64,000 nt of DNA from positions 58,838,001 through 58,902,000 of the forward strand of contig OZ024748.1 of the NCBI GenBank assembly GCA_964016885.1. Direction: 5' to 3'. Both the position numbers and the translations under genes were made by a program. Positions 28,252 to 41,456 of this stretch are shown here, one piece after another (position 1 is the stretch's first letter; every line of letters begins with the position of its first letter). The notes below the pieces were generated by a model. It did no database searches and was not told the origin of the DNA. It saw only the letters and a list, made by a program, of their open reading frames with translations. The stretch is from Eledone cirrhosa. Taxonomy: Eukaryota.

Positions 28252-28454
28252 CAAATAAAAAGCAGATCAAATAAAATTGATTTGACATTGCATTTCAACA
28301 ATTTAATCTGATTAAATCCCATATGAATTTTAAAGAAACCATGAGAAGCTGCAGTTGTAAGTAGTGGCAGCAGCATTTACCATTTACTTCAAAAGTAAAA
28401 CTTTAGTAAAAGTAAGTTCATTGATGTCAGAATATGACTGTGGAACTGCTATTA

Positions 28455-28855
28455 ATACCATTACTACAACTACTATGACTACTACTACCACTACTACTAC
28501 TACTATCACAACTACGCCTATTACTACTACAACTACTACCACTACTACTACTATTACAACTACTACTACCACTACTACTACTACTACTATCACAACTACG
28601 ACTATTACTATGACTACTACTACCACTACTACAATGACTATCACAACTACTACTACTACTACTACTACTATCACAACTACGACTATTATTACTACACCTA
28701 CTATGACTACTACTACCACTACTACTATGACTATCACAACTACTACTACTACTATGACTCTCACAACTACTACTACTACTATGACTATCACAACAACTAC
28801 TACTACTACAACTATCACAACTATGACTATTACTACTATTACTACTACTATTATA
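28455..28855. repeat. (ACT)n-rich triplet microsatellite
   Basis: Seen directly. (ATC/GAT)n fields also lie at 39085-39730, 42275-42860 and 44160-44475. Confidence 0.92.
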
Positions 28856-29169
28856 GAGGTTATTGAAATTTTTTGAAAATGTTTCGATCATCTTAAAGAT
28901 AAAGGGGAGGAAGGGAAGTGAAATGGTGATAATGGTGATGATGATGGTGGTGGTGACATTGATGATGGTGGTGGTGACATTGATGATGATGATGATAATG
29001 ATAGTCATCATCATCTTCATTATCCTAGTATTCATCATCATCATCAAAGTTGACATCAGTCGTCACCTTCATCCGTTATCATCACTATAGTCATCATCAT
29101 CATCATCTTCGTTTAACGTCCACTTTCCACACTAGCATCCATCTGATAATCATCAATGTAACAAAACCA

Positions 29170-30123
29170 ATCTCTATATATCTTTATCCCAGTCTGTGAC
29201 CCCAAATTAACCCACCACCAATCTCTATTCCAGTCTGTGTCCCCACTTTTACCCACCACCAATCTCTATTCCAAGCTATGTCCCCAGTTTAACCCACCTC
29301 CAATCTCTATTCCAGTCTGTGTCCCCACTTTTACCCACCACCAATCTCTATTCCAGTCTGTGTCCCCACTTTAACCCACCACCAATCTCTATTCCAGTCT
29401 GTGTCCCCACTTTAACCCACCACCAATCTCTATTCCAGTCTGTGTCCCCACTTTAACCCACCACCAATCTCTATTCCAGTCTGTGTCCCCACTTTAACCC
29501 ACCACCAATCTCTATTCCAGTATGTGTCCCCACTTTAACCCACCACCAATCTCTATTCCAGTCTGTGTCCCCACTTTAACCCACCACCAATCTCTATTCC
29601 AGTCTGTGTCTCCAGTTTAACCCACCACCAATCTCTATTCCAGTCTGTGTCCCCAGTTTAACCCACCACCAATCTCTATTCCAGTCTGTGTCCCCAGTGT
29701 AACCCACCACCAATCTCTATTCCAGTCTGTGTCCCCACTTTAACCCACCACCAATCTCTATTCCAGTCTGTGTCCCCAGTGTAACCCACCACCAATCTCT
29801 ATTCCAGTCTGTGTCCCCAGTTTAACCCACCACCAATCTCTATTCCAGTCTGTGTCCTCACTTTAACCCACCACCAATCTCTATTCCAGTCTGTGTCCCC
29901 ACTTTAACCCACCACCAATCTCTATTCCAGTCTGTGTCTCCACTTTAACCCACCACCAATCTCTATTCCAGTCTGTGTCCCCACTTTAACCCACCACCAA
30001 TCTCTATTCCAGTCTGTGTCCCCACTTTAACCCACCACCAATCTCTATTCCAGTCTGTGTCCCCACTTTAACCCACCACCAATCTCTATTCCAGTCTGTG
30101 TCCCCACTTTAACCCACCACCAA
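29170..30123 (+). repeat. 41-bp minisatellite, ~23 copies
   Basis: Unit aatctctattccagtctgtgtccccactttaacccaccacc. Confidence 0.95.
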
Positions 30124-30419
30124 TTTACAAATCTAATCATACTTTACAGATTGTAGATCAAAAGATACAGCTATACTTTCTAGAATATCTATTAAAAAAT
30201 TATCAAAAGACTATCCCATGAGGTGTGTGTATGTAAGTGTGTGCATGTGCCAATGTGTGTGCATGTGCCAATGTGTGTGCATGTGTGTGTGTATGAGCAC
30301 ATGTTTGTGCGTGCATACTTGTAGGTGTATATATGTGATTGTGCATGTTTGACTGTGCATGTCGGTGTGTATGTGTGTGCATATTTACATTGTGTGTCTG
30401 TAGAGTGAAATAAATGTTA

Positions 30420-30730
30420 GGAGAGAGAGTGATGTAGAGAATATGAGAGTGAAAGAAAGTGAGAGATAGGGGAGAGAGAGAGAGAGTGATGTAGAGAATA
30501 TGAGAGTGAAAGAAAGTGAGAGATAGGGGGAGAGAGAGAGAGAGTAATGTAGAGAATATGAGAGTGAAAGAAAGTGAGAGATAGGGGGAGAGAGAGAGAG
30601 AGTGATGTAGAGAATATGAGAGTGAAAGAAAGTGAGAGATAGGGGGAGAGAGAGAGAGAGAGTGATGTAGAGAATATGAGAGTGAAAGAAAGTGAGAGAT
30701 AGGGGTAGAGAGAGAGAGAGAGATGTAAAG
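30420..30730 (+). repeat. ~60-bp purine-rich tandem repeat x5 with variable (GA)n
   Basis: Unit gtgatgtagagaatatgagagtgaaagaaagtgagagatagggg(ga)n. Confidence 0.9.
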
Positions 30731-31027
30731 AATCTGGTCATGATGAGTCATATATGCAGGCTTGTAGATATACCAGCATTGAAAAACAAAATAAAAAGAA
30801 GACATTACCTCTTTTCATACCAATCTACTTGAAACCACTATTTGTTTTATAATACAAAACTGCTCATTTTAATGTGTTTATATTTACCTAAACACCTTCC
30901 ATCATACTTTTATGTAAGAACCTTTGCTAACATGTCCAAATAACAGCTTAATAATGAGAAAGTTAGTTATTTTACTAAATCTCCCCGAATTCCCTGACAT
31001 ACAAACGTTGAAAGAATTTGAGGATAG

Positions 31028-32069
31028 GATAAATTTGATTTCTGACATAAGAACATGTTGGCAACTTTTGGGAAGGGATAAATTTAATTTCTGACATAAG
31101 AATATTTCCACAACTTTTGGAAAGGGATAAATTTGATTTCTGATATAAGAACATGTTGGCAACTTTTGGGAAGGGATAAATATGATTTCTGACATAAGAA
31201 TATTTCCACAACTTTTGAAAAGGGATAAATTTGATTTCTGACATAAGAACATGTTGGCAACTTTTGGGAAGCGATAAATTTAATTTCTGACATAAGAATA
31301 TTTCCACAACTTTTGAAAAGCGATAAATTTGATTTCTGACATAAGAACATGTTGGCAACTTTTGGGAAGCGATAAATTTAATCTCTGACATAAGAATATT
31401 TCCACAACTTTTGAAAAGGGATAAATTTGATTTCTGACATAAGAACATGTTGGCAACTTTTGGGAAGGGATAAATATGATTTCTGACATAAGAATATTTC
31501 CACAACTTTTGAAAAGGGATAAATTTGATTTCTGATATAAGAACATGTTGGCAACTTTTGGGAAGCGATAAATTTAATTTCTGACATAAGAATATTTCCA
31601 CAACTTTTGAAAAGGGATAAATTTGATTTCTGATATAAGAACATGTTGGCAACTTTTGGGAAGCGATAAATATGATTTCTGACATAAGAATATTTCCACA
31701 ACTTTTGAAAAGGGATAAATTTGATTTCTGATATAAGAACATGTTGGCAACTTTTGGGAAGGGATAAATATGATTTCTGACATAAGAATATTTCCACAAC
31801 TTTTGAAAAGGGATAAATTTAATTTCTGATATAAGAACATGTTGGCAACTTTTGGGAAGGGATAAATTTAATTCCTGACATAAGAATATTTCCACAACTT
31901 TTGGAAAGGGATAAATTTGATTTCTGATATAAGAACATGTTGGCAACTTTTGGGAAGGGATAAATATGATTTCTGACATAAGAATATTTCCACAACTTTT
32001 GGAAAGGAATAAATTTGATTTCTGATATAAGAACATGTTGGCAACTTTTGGGAAGGGATAAATTTGATT
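31028..32069 (+). repeat. 49-bp minisatellite, 21 monomers in alternating A/B (98-bp) order
   Basis: Monomers ..aagaacatgttggcaacttttggga.. alternate with ..aagaatatttccacaacttttgaaa.. Confidence 0.95.
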
Positions 32070-34694
32070 ATAAGGATCCTTGTATTTGACTTGAATTTTA
32101 CTTGCTCAACTACAGAATGATGAAAGTTAAAATGAACCTTGTAGAAATTTAACCTCAGGACATAAAAGGACATGGCCCCACATTTGTCCTTCCCTTCTAC
32201 CAATTGTGCCAATCAGCCACTCTTATCATCATCATCATCATCATCATCATCACCGTTTTACGTCCGTTCTTCCACGCTAGCATGGGTTAGGCGGGTTGTC
32301 CTGCTGTTGGCAGTGTCCGGTCGGCTGACCTTGTCTTGCTTATACAGGAACTGATTCTGGCTTGATTTCTACAGCTGGATGCCCTTCCTAACACCAACCT
32401 CATTTACAGTGAGTGCTGGGTGCTTTTTTGCTGTGGCGCCTACACGTCCACTTTACAGTGTGGGCTGGGTGCTTTTTTGCCGTGGCACCTTCACGACCAC
32501 TTTGCAGTGGAATGATAGAGACCCCAGTCCCTAGCATCTCATTTCTACAGCTGAGTAAACTGGAGCAATGTGAAATAAAGTGTCTTGCTCAAGGAAACAA
32601 CACATCACCCGGTCCGAGAATTGAACTCACAACCTTTCGATTGCAATCCCAATGTTCTAACCACTAAGCCATGTGCCTTCATTAGATCATATTAAAACCA
32701 ACAAGACAACAATTATGAAATAAACCATATTTCCTTCTAAACCCTTTAATCATTTTCCCTTAACTTGTTACCATTTACATTACTCTATATTTACTATTGT
32801 ATTTTCATAATTATCTCACATAATATGGAATCTTTAAAATGTTGATATTATTTATGTTGAGAACAATACCTTAACATCAGTATAAGTGGCCAGTTACAGC
32901 CAGTTTGAACAGAAAGATGTGAGAGAATTCTGACTGGATATGGCTGGTTTAAATGCTGAAGGGTTAAGCAAGATCTTCAACCAGTTTTGTTCTCCTTAGA
33001 ACATGTGAATATTTAAAAGGAAGATGGTGATGATGAAGAGAAGAAAAAAAGAAGGGCATGTTGTAAGAACATCAAGACTTTTATCCAGAGCTGGTACTGT
33101 CCAGATGTATGTTTGTTGCATTTGATTAATCACTAACCTGTAGGAAGTTAAAAACAGGGGGGGGGGATAGGGGAAAAATAGGAGGAGAAAGAGGTGGAGG
33201 AGGATATGACTGATATAATATTAAATGATTTTACATGTAGAGCAATGAGGAGACGTCTAGGAGCTGACAATAAAAAAGGAGAGGAAATAAAAAGACAGGA
33301 AAGATTTAGACTATGTTAAAGAAGTACAGAACAGAACAATATAAACAATTTAAATGAAAGAAGTAAAACTACAAAATAAAAATAAAAAAACTAGAAGACA
33401 AAGATGTAAAAGACAAAATAATAAAAAAACAAACAGAAACAAAAAAAAAATGTTTGTTAATGAATATTTTAATAGTTCGAAATTATATATTTGTCAGACA
33501 AGATGATTTGTAAAATCACACTACATACAATTTCAAGTTTGTCTCATTGATTCAACATCTTGTCCAGATACAGACAAATTGTAAACTGAAAATTAAACAG
33601 AATTGGGGCTGGACAAACAAAACATAAATTGACAGTTGGCAAATTAATTGAATTTGCCAACTGCAAATCAAGAATCACCCAGTCCACTCTGTAAAGTAAT
33701 AGTGCTGGTGTCACAAGAATCACCCAAGCCACTCTGTAATGTGATAGTGCTGGTGTCACAACAAGAATCACCCAGTCCACACTCTAAGGTGATAGTACTG
33801 GTGTTACAAGAAACACATAGTATTTTGTACATATATATATATACCCATGCTAGCATAAAAAATGGCATTAAATGATGAGGATGATGATATAAAACATATA
33901 ATATTTTGGAAACAGTATATATTTCAGGATGGAAACCTTAAGCTGTTTCCCAGATAGTATATGCTTTATATATATGTGTGTGTGTGTGTCTGTTTGGCTA
34001 TATACATATATTTAATTTGGACAGGCGATGGTAAGAGTGTATGAGAGTATATGTGTGTATATATATATGTAATTAAGTACTGTATATATTGTATATATAT
34101 ATATACACTGCATATATTGTGTGTATATATATACACAATATATATATATATTTCGTTTTAATCATTTTCTAACCCAGAAAAAAAAGAGAGAAAAAAATAT
34201 ATTTTTCTTCCTAATAATCGTCTTTTACTCCCTGTTTTCATATCTATATATATATATATAAATATATAAATATATGTATATATATATATAAATATATGTA
34301 TATATATAAATATATATATATCATCATCATCATCATTTTACGTCCGCTTTTCCATGCTTGAAAGGGTGGGAAGGGAACTGATTCTGGCTTGATTTCTACA
34401 GCTGAATGCCCTTCCTAACACCAACCTCATTTACAGTGAGTGCTGGGTGCTTTTTTGCCGTGGCGCCTACACGACCACTTTACAGAGTGGGCTGGGTGCT
34501 TTTTTTGCTGTGGCACCTCCACGACCACTTTACAGTGGAATGATAGGGACCCCAGTCCCTATCATTCCACTGAGTAAACTGGAGCAATGTGAAATAAAGT
34601 GTCTTGCTCAAGGAAACACCACATCACCCGGTCTGAGAATTGAACTCACAACCGTTCGATTATAAGGCCTTGCAATCAAAAGGTTGTGAGTTAT

Positions 34695-35397
34695 GTATAA
34701 AACCATATTTATTCTATTATATATATTTCAAGGGTACCAAAATTTTGGTACGCTATCATCAGATAAAATACGAAGTGTGTTTTATAAATTTTGACATAAC
34801 CAAGGAGAATATACCTTAACGGTTCAAGTTATCCTTGGATAGTGAAGGGAAAATAGAAGAAAAGTCAGATACTTCAAATTATTAAGATGAGTATGCAAAT
34901 GAGGTTTAGGTGAATGGGCAGAAAAACACGTTATTTTAGACGCTATGGAAAATTTAAATAATTATGATAAGTTATTGTATGCATAGGAAAGAAAAGAAAG
35001 GAAGAAGTGCTAGTATTTATGTTAATTTGGAGGAAAAGATTTATTTACCTATAGTATGAGTTATAATATTGTATATATAATCAATTAGATTATATGAAGA
35101 ATTATGGTTGTAAGCATTTTTATCTTATTACATTACGAAAGGTTATATGTTTATAAACATATATATATATATATTAATAATTTGCGTATGTATTAGTTGT
35201 TTATATATCAAATATTAGTTACGAAGGAAGTTGAATTTGTATTTTACTTAAAAAATAGGTGGTTCAAGTTGTGAGAGTAGAACGATTTGTGGAATAATTG
35301 TATATTATACTCCAGAAAAACTGTTGAGTGCTCTGAATCAGTTATAAACATTTATATTTGTTGAATTACCAACAAATTGAATATCCCTTCTGCTTAT
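34695..35397. mobile_element. Non-coding PLE-type insert, same family as 20950
   Basis: Hammerhead at the left end on the minus strand, tail stem-loop at 35309-35333 on the plus strand, ends in (TA)n. Confidence 0.6.
34710..34770 (-). ncRNA. Type I hammerhead ribozyme with intact core and minimal stem III
   Basis: TATTTTAT-CTGATGA-tagc-GTACCAAA-at-TTTGGTAC-cctt-GAAAT-ATAT-ATA/ATAGAATA. Stem I is 8 bp (one G.U), stem II is 8 bp, loop 3 is palindromic and the cleavage triplet is AUA. Confidence 0.8.
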
Positions 35398-35751
35398 ATT
35401 TTTATATATATATATATTTATTAAAATAACAGATTAAAGTTTAAGCAAAGAATCGCTGCTTTCACCCTTAACGGGATCTTCTGAAACTAACAAAGTCAAT
35501 CTGTGAACGCAGAAGTGAATATTTCAAAAAACATTGCAACCGGAGGCAGACAGGAAGACGATACTTTGGTTCGTGGAAATGTTCCCTGGCAAAGAACGGG
35601 AAAAAACGAATATAATACGTCATTATTTGGAGCGGTGAAAAACAATTACATACAAAGACAAAACCACATTTATGGTATAAAAGAAGTCGTAGACTAATAT
35701 TCTATTAGGTGGTTCATAGAGACGTTTTCTGGCAATGAACGGAAAAAACGA

Positions 35752-37812
35752 AGATGGTGGAACAGCACAGTAGATAAGGCCATTAGAGACAAAAGGCTAG
35801 CATGGAAGGCTTGGAAAAAGGGTGGGAGTAGGGAAGAATATACAGCCGCTAAGAGAGAAGCTAGACATCAGGTGTACTTAGCATGCAGGGAGGCTGAGAG
35901 TAGGAGGTTTGCCAATGTTCTGCGACGGGAAGATCAGAGGTGTGCGGTGTTCCACATTGCGAGGCAGTGTGTCAATGCAAATCAGGATGTTGTTGGAGAT
36001 AAATGTGTCCGGAACGATGCCGGTGTGCTTAGTGTCACGAATGATCAGAAAAAGGAGGCCTGGAAATGTCATTATGAGAGACTGATGAATGTGGAGAATG
36101 AATGGGAGAGAGAGAAATTACCCTCAGTAGATCCGACAGAGGGACCAGCTATTGAAATTGACGAATATACGGTACAAGAGGCGACTAAGGAAATGAAAAA
36201 TGGTAAGGCTGCTGGACCATCGGAAATAGTTTCTGAGATGCTGAAGGCATCAGGGGACGTAGGCACAAAGCTGGTTGCACGCATCATCAATCAGGCTATA
36301 AATGGTGGTGTCATACCCAAAGACTGGTGCAGCAGTATTCTCATAAATTGCTACAAAGATAAAGGGGATGTTCTGGAGAGGAGCAATTATAGGGGTATAA
36401 AACTGATGGATCAGGTTATGAAAGCGGCAGAAAGGATATTAGCACAACTAATTAGAGAAAGTGTCTAACTAGATGAGATGCAGTTTGGCTTTGTGCCTGG
36501 CAAGAGTACAACAGATGCCTTCTTCTTGGTGAGACAATTACAAGAGAGGTTCTTAGAGAAAAATAAGCCACTATACTTAGCCTTTGTTGACCTAGAGAAG
36601 GCCTTTGATAGGGTACCCCGATCTGTCATCTGGTGGTCCCTAAGGAAACTAGGTGTTGAGGAATGGCTTGTGAGGACAGTGCAAACTTTGTACAGAGGTA
36701 TTGTCAGTAAAGTCAGAGTAGGAATGGAGTTTAGTGAGGAATTCCAGATACAAGTAGGAGTACATCAAGGTTTGGTCCTCAGCCCGCTCTTGTTCATTAT
36801 AGTCCTCCAAGCCATAACAGAAGAGTTTAAGACTGGCTGTCCATGGGAACTTCTCTATGCTGACGATCTGGTTCTTATAGCAGAATCAGTAGAGGAGTTA
36901 GAGAATAAATTCTGGCTATGGAAACAGCAGTTGGAAGCAAGAGGACTGAGAGTGAACCTAGCTAAGACAAAAGTGTTGATGAGTAGAAAAGAGGACAAAA
37001 CTCTGATTCTGTCAGGGAAATGGCCATGTTCGATATGCAGAAAAGGAACTGGCATAAATTCTATAAAATGCACACAATGCAGATCCTGGGAACACAAGAG
37101 ATGTAGCGGGATAGCAGGCAAACTAACAGGTAGGGAGAAATATGTACGCAGTAGATATACAGGGAAATTAGACAGTAGAAGTCGCATTGATAGACACATT
37201 TTTCAAATGCAGGCGGGTGCTATAGAAGTGGTGGATAGCTTCCGGTACCTAGGAGATCAGATTAGCAAGGGAGGGGGGTGTTCCAAGGCCATAGTATCTA
37301 GAATAAGGACGGGTTGGAAGAAGTTTAGGGAGCTGCTTCCTCTACTCCGTACGAAAGACCATGATGCCTGTGTGAGAAGCGCGATGTTGCATGGTAGTGA
37401 GACATGGGCAGCAACTGCAGAGGATATGTGACGGCTGGAGAGAAATGAGGCAAGCATGCAACATTGGATGTGCAGTGTCAATGTGCGTGAACAACCCAGC
37501 ATGAATTTGTTGAGAGAGAAACTGTGTCTGAGAGGGATAGAATTTAGTGTACGGGAGAGGAGACTGAGGTGGTATGGACATGTGATGCGCATGGAGGATG
37601 ACCGATGTGTAAAGAAGTACCAGTTGAAGGAAGACGTGGTAGAGGTAGACCACGAAAAACATGGGCGGAGGTGGTGAGAACAGACCTCAGATCGCTGAAG
37701 CTCACGGTGGAGATAACGAAGGACCGTGACGAGTGGAGAGATGCTGTGCTGAATAAGACCCGTCCCACCCTTGCAAGCAGGGAAGAGCGGACGTAAAATG
37801 ATGATGATGATA
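35752..37812 (+). mobile_element. 5'-truncated RTE-clade LINE (RT pseudogene)
   Basis: RT motifs NYRGIKL, QFGF, AFVDLEKAFDRV, GVHQG..LSPLLF, LYADD, FRYLG, RLRWYGHVMR, RGRGRPRKTW. Stops at 36466 and 37429, a frameshift near 37620, and an (ATG)n tail. Confidence 0.93.
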
Positions 37813-37854
<42 letters not shown>

Positions 37855-38049
37855 TATATATTTATATATATTCTCTTTTTCTCTCTTTTTTTCTCTCCCT
37901 TTTTCTCTCTCTCTTTTTCCCTCTCTCTTTCTCTCTTTCCCTCTCTCTTTCCCTCTCTCTTTTTCTATTTCCCTCTCTCTTTTTCTATTTCTCTCTCTCT
38001 CTTTCTCTTTCTCTCTCTCTCTTACCATCCCCTGTCCTGCATGGCAGAT

Positions 38050-38460
38050 TTTTTTTTTTTACATAAAATATACTACAGCTTTGAAAGAAGTCCTTAGAAT
38101 TTTTTGTCCTGAAAAGATCTCCGATCTCCGGTAAGGAATTGCTAGGTGGATGCCAACAGGGGAACATATCAGTCATCCTTCTCAGAGGAAGGTGGGTGTA
38201 GATACATGTTCTCGGAAGAGAGAAAGATAGCATTCCAAAGAACAGCCCTTTACTGGACACAAGAAGGCAATTGAAAACGAGGAAGACCAAAGCCCTACTG
38301 ACACAGAACAATTGAGGGAGAGGTGAAGACCTGGCAACCCACATGAAGTACCATCCAGAAGATGGCCGAGGGCAGACAGAAATGGAGGACCTTCATTGCT
38401 GCCCTACATGCCAATGGGCATAACTAGCAGCAGCAGTAGTAGTAGTAGTAGTACTAGTAG
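38050..38460 (+). mobile_element. Old LINE (RTE-like) 3' fragment
   Basis: Decayed RWV.HVL..GR PK..W-type sequence, ending gccctacatgccaatgggcataac plus (TAG)n. Confidence 0.55.
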
Positions 38461-40897
38461 TTGCTGTTGTATTTGTTTGATGGCCCTCATATTCTGAGTT
38501 CAAATGCTGCCGAGGTCAACTTTGCCTTTTATCCTTCTGGGATCAATAAGATAAAGTACCAGTAATGTACTAGGGTCAATTGAATCAATGACTTTCCTCA
38601 TATCCCAAATTGTTGACCTTGTTAGAAAGAATAATTAATCTTCTTTCTTGTACAGAAAACAATTGTTTTAGAATTATCAAATAATTGTTTCTACTTTAGG
38701 CACAAGGCCAGCAATTACCCAGTGCATTACTGGTACTTTATTTTATCGACCCCGTAAGGATGAAAGGCAAAGTCAACCTCGGCGGGATTTGAACTCAGAT
38801 CGTAAAGGGACGTAACTATGCTGGAAAGCATGGCGTCCGACCCTCTACTGATGCTGCCAATCCATCAAATAATAATTATTTTAAATACTTGTTTTAAATG
38901 TTATTTTATTTAATTTTATTTAATTTTATTTAATTTTATTTAATTTTATTTAATTTTATTTAATTTTATTCTATTTCATTTAAGTTTATTCTATTTTATT
39001 CTATTTTATTGCCTTGTTAAACTTTACTGTAAATATCTCTATTGAAATTAACCTTCAAATAATATACAATGATTTTATTGTTCTCCTACTCATCATCATC
39101 ATATCACCATCACTATCATCGTCATCATATCACCATCACTATCATCATATCACCATCACTATCATCGTCATCATATCACCATCACTATCATCATCATCAC
39201 TATCATCATCATCAACACTCACTATCATCATCAGCTTCCAAATTAACCTCATTATCATCATCATCATTAACACCACTACTAACATCATCATCATTATTAT
39301 TAACAGCACTATTACTATCATCATCGTTAATACGGTGCCCCAGCATGGCCTCAGCCGGATGGCTGGAACAGGTAAAAGAGTAAAGAAGTAAATACCACTA
39401 CTATCATCATCATCAACACAACTATTATCATCATCATCATCATTATTATTAATATCATCATCATCATCATCATCAACACAACTACTATCATCATCATTAT
39501 TAACATCATTAATATCATCATCACCATCACCACCATCATCAACATCAACATTATCATTAACACCACTACTATCATCATCATCATCATTATTAACAGAACT
39601 ATCATCATCATCACCATCATTAACACCACTCCTATCATCATCAATACAACTATCATCATCATCATCATCATTAACACCACTCCTATCATCATCAATACAA
39701 CTATTATCAATATAATCAACATCATTATTAACATGATCTGAGTTCAAATCCCGCCGAGGTTAACTTTGCCTTTCATCCTTACGGGATCGATAAAATAAAG
39801 TACCAGTAATGTACTGGGAAATTGCTGGCCTTGTGCCTAAAGTAGAAACAATTATTAACACCACTCTCTGGAGGCACATGGCACATTGGGCTTACAATCT
39901 AAAGGTTGTGAGTTCAATTCTCATGTGTTGTTTCCTTGAGCAAGACACTTTATTTCACATTGCTCCAGTTTACTCAGCTGTAGAAATGAGATGAAAGGAC
40001 TGGGGTCCCTATCATTCCACTGCAAAGTGGTCGTGGAGGTGCCACGGCAAAAAAGCACCCAGCACTCACTGTAAATGAGGTTGGTGTTAGGAAGGGCATC
40101 CAACTGTAGAAATCAAGCCAGAATCAGTTCCCGCCCCACCCTTGCAAGCAGGGAAAAGCGGACGTAAAATGATGATGATGATGATGATTCTCATCATCAT
40201 CATACTTGTGTTGTTATTGTTGTTGCTGTTGTTGTTTCTCTGCCATAAGAAGTATAACTTTTCTTTTCTTTCTTCCTTCGGACAATTACCATTATCTTTT
40301 TCCTTTTAAATTTAATTCGAGAAGTGAATTGTTTTTGAAAATGGAAAATAAACATGAGAAAATATCAAAGGAAACTGCTTTTGTCTTTGTATAGTTTTCC
40401 TCTTTTCTAAATCGTGTCAATGCATCACATTTTATGTTTTATGACAATTTTACATTAAACATAAATACAACAGAAAATATGGTTGTATAAAAATACTTTT
40501 AATAATGTTGAAATGTATAATATATATATATGTGTGTGACCATTTATATACATATATATATACATATACATGTATACATAGATATATATACAAATACATG
40601 TATACATATATATATATACAAATACATGTATACATATATATATATACAAATACATGTATACATATATATATACACAAATACATGTATACATATATATATA
40701 CATATATATATATATACATATATATATATATTTATACATGTATACATATATATATATATATATATACACATATATGTACATATATACATATATACATGTA
40801 CACATATACATATATATACATATATATATACATATATATATATATATACATACATATATATATATATATACTTATATATATACATACATATATACAC

Positions 40898-41055
40898 TAT
40901 GTGTCAATAATTGTCACAGGTGTAGTGTTTGTACCAGAGTTTTCAAGTCGCTGGCTGGACTAAAAGTCACACTTGTTTAGCGCATCGGTAGGGGTTCTCC
41001 TACATGGATATAAAGTAGTGGCCGTACTCGAAAACGAGTTGGCAGCCACCATACA
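40898..41055 (+). mobile_element. LINE 3' end with C2H2 knuckle (second copy at 18115-18225, minus)
   Basis: Reads [18 protein letters not shown] near-identical inverted copy lies at 18115-18225, and both sit beside (TA/CA)n. Confidence 0.6.
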
Positions 41056-41332
41056 TATATATATATATATACATACATATATACATATATATATATATAC
41101 ATATATATATACATATATATATATATACATATATATACACATATATACATATATATATATATATGCACATATATATATATATATATATACATACGCACAC
41201 ACACATATATATATATATACATACACACACACATATATATATATATACATATACACCCACATATGTATATATACATATATATACATATACACATACATAC
41301 ATATATATATATATATACACATATACATATAC

Positions 41333-41401
<69 letters not shown>

Positions 41402-41406
41402 TATAC

Positions 41407-41456
<50 letters not shown>

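Noticed and set aside
30902-32212. 353-aa and other repetitive ORFs, or a CRISPR-like array
   Set aside because: It is a 49/98-bp minisatellite with no unique spacers and no cas genes, in a eukaryotic context.
33529-33585. Possible 57-nt cassette or poison exon in B9D1 intron 1 (ttttcAG..GTATGT, minus)
   Set aside because: It has no B9D1 homology, an in-frame TGA and a weak donor. It cannot be supported without RNA data, and the true exon 2 is at 16137-16205.
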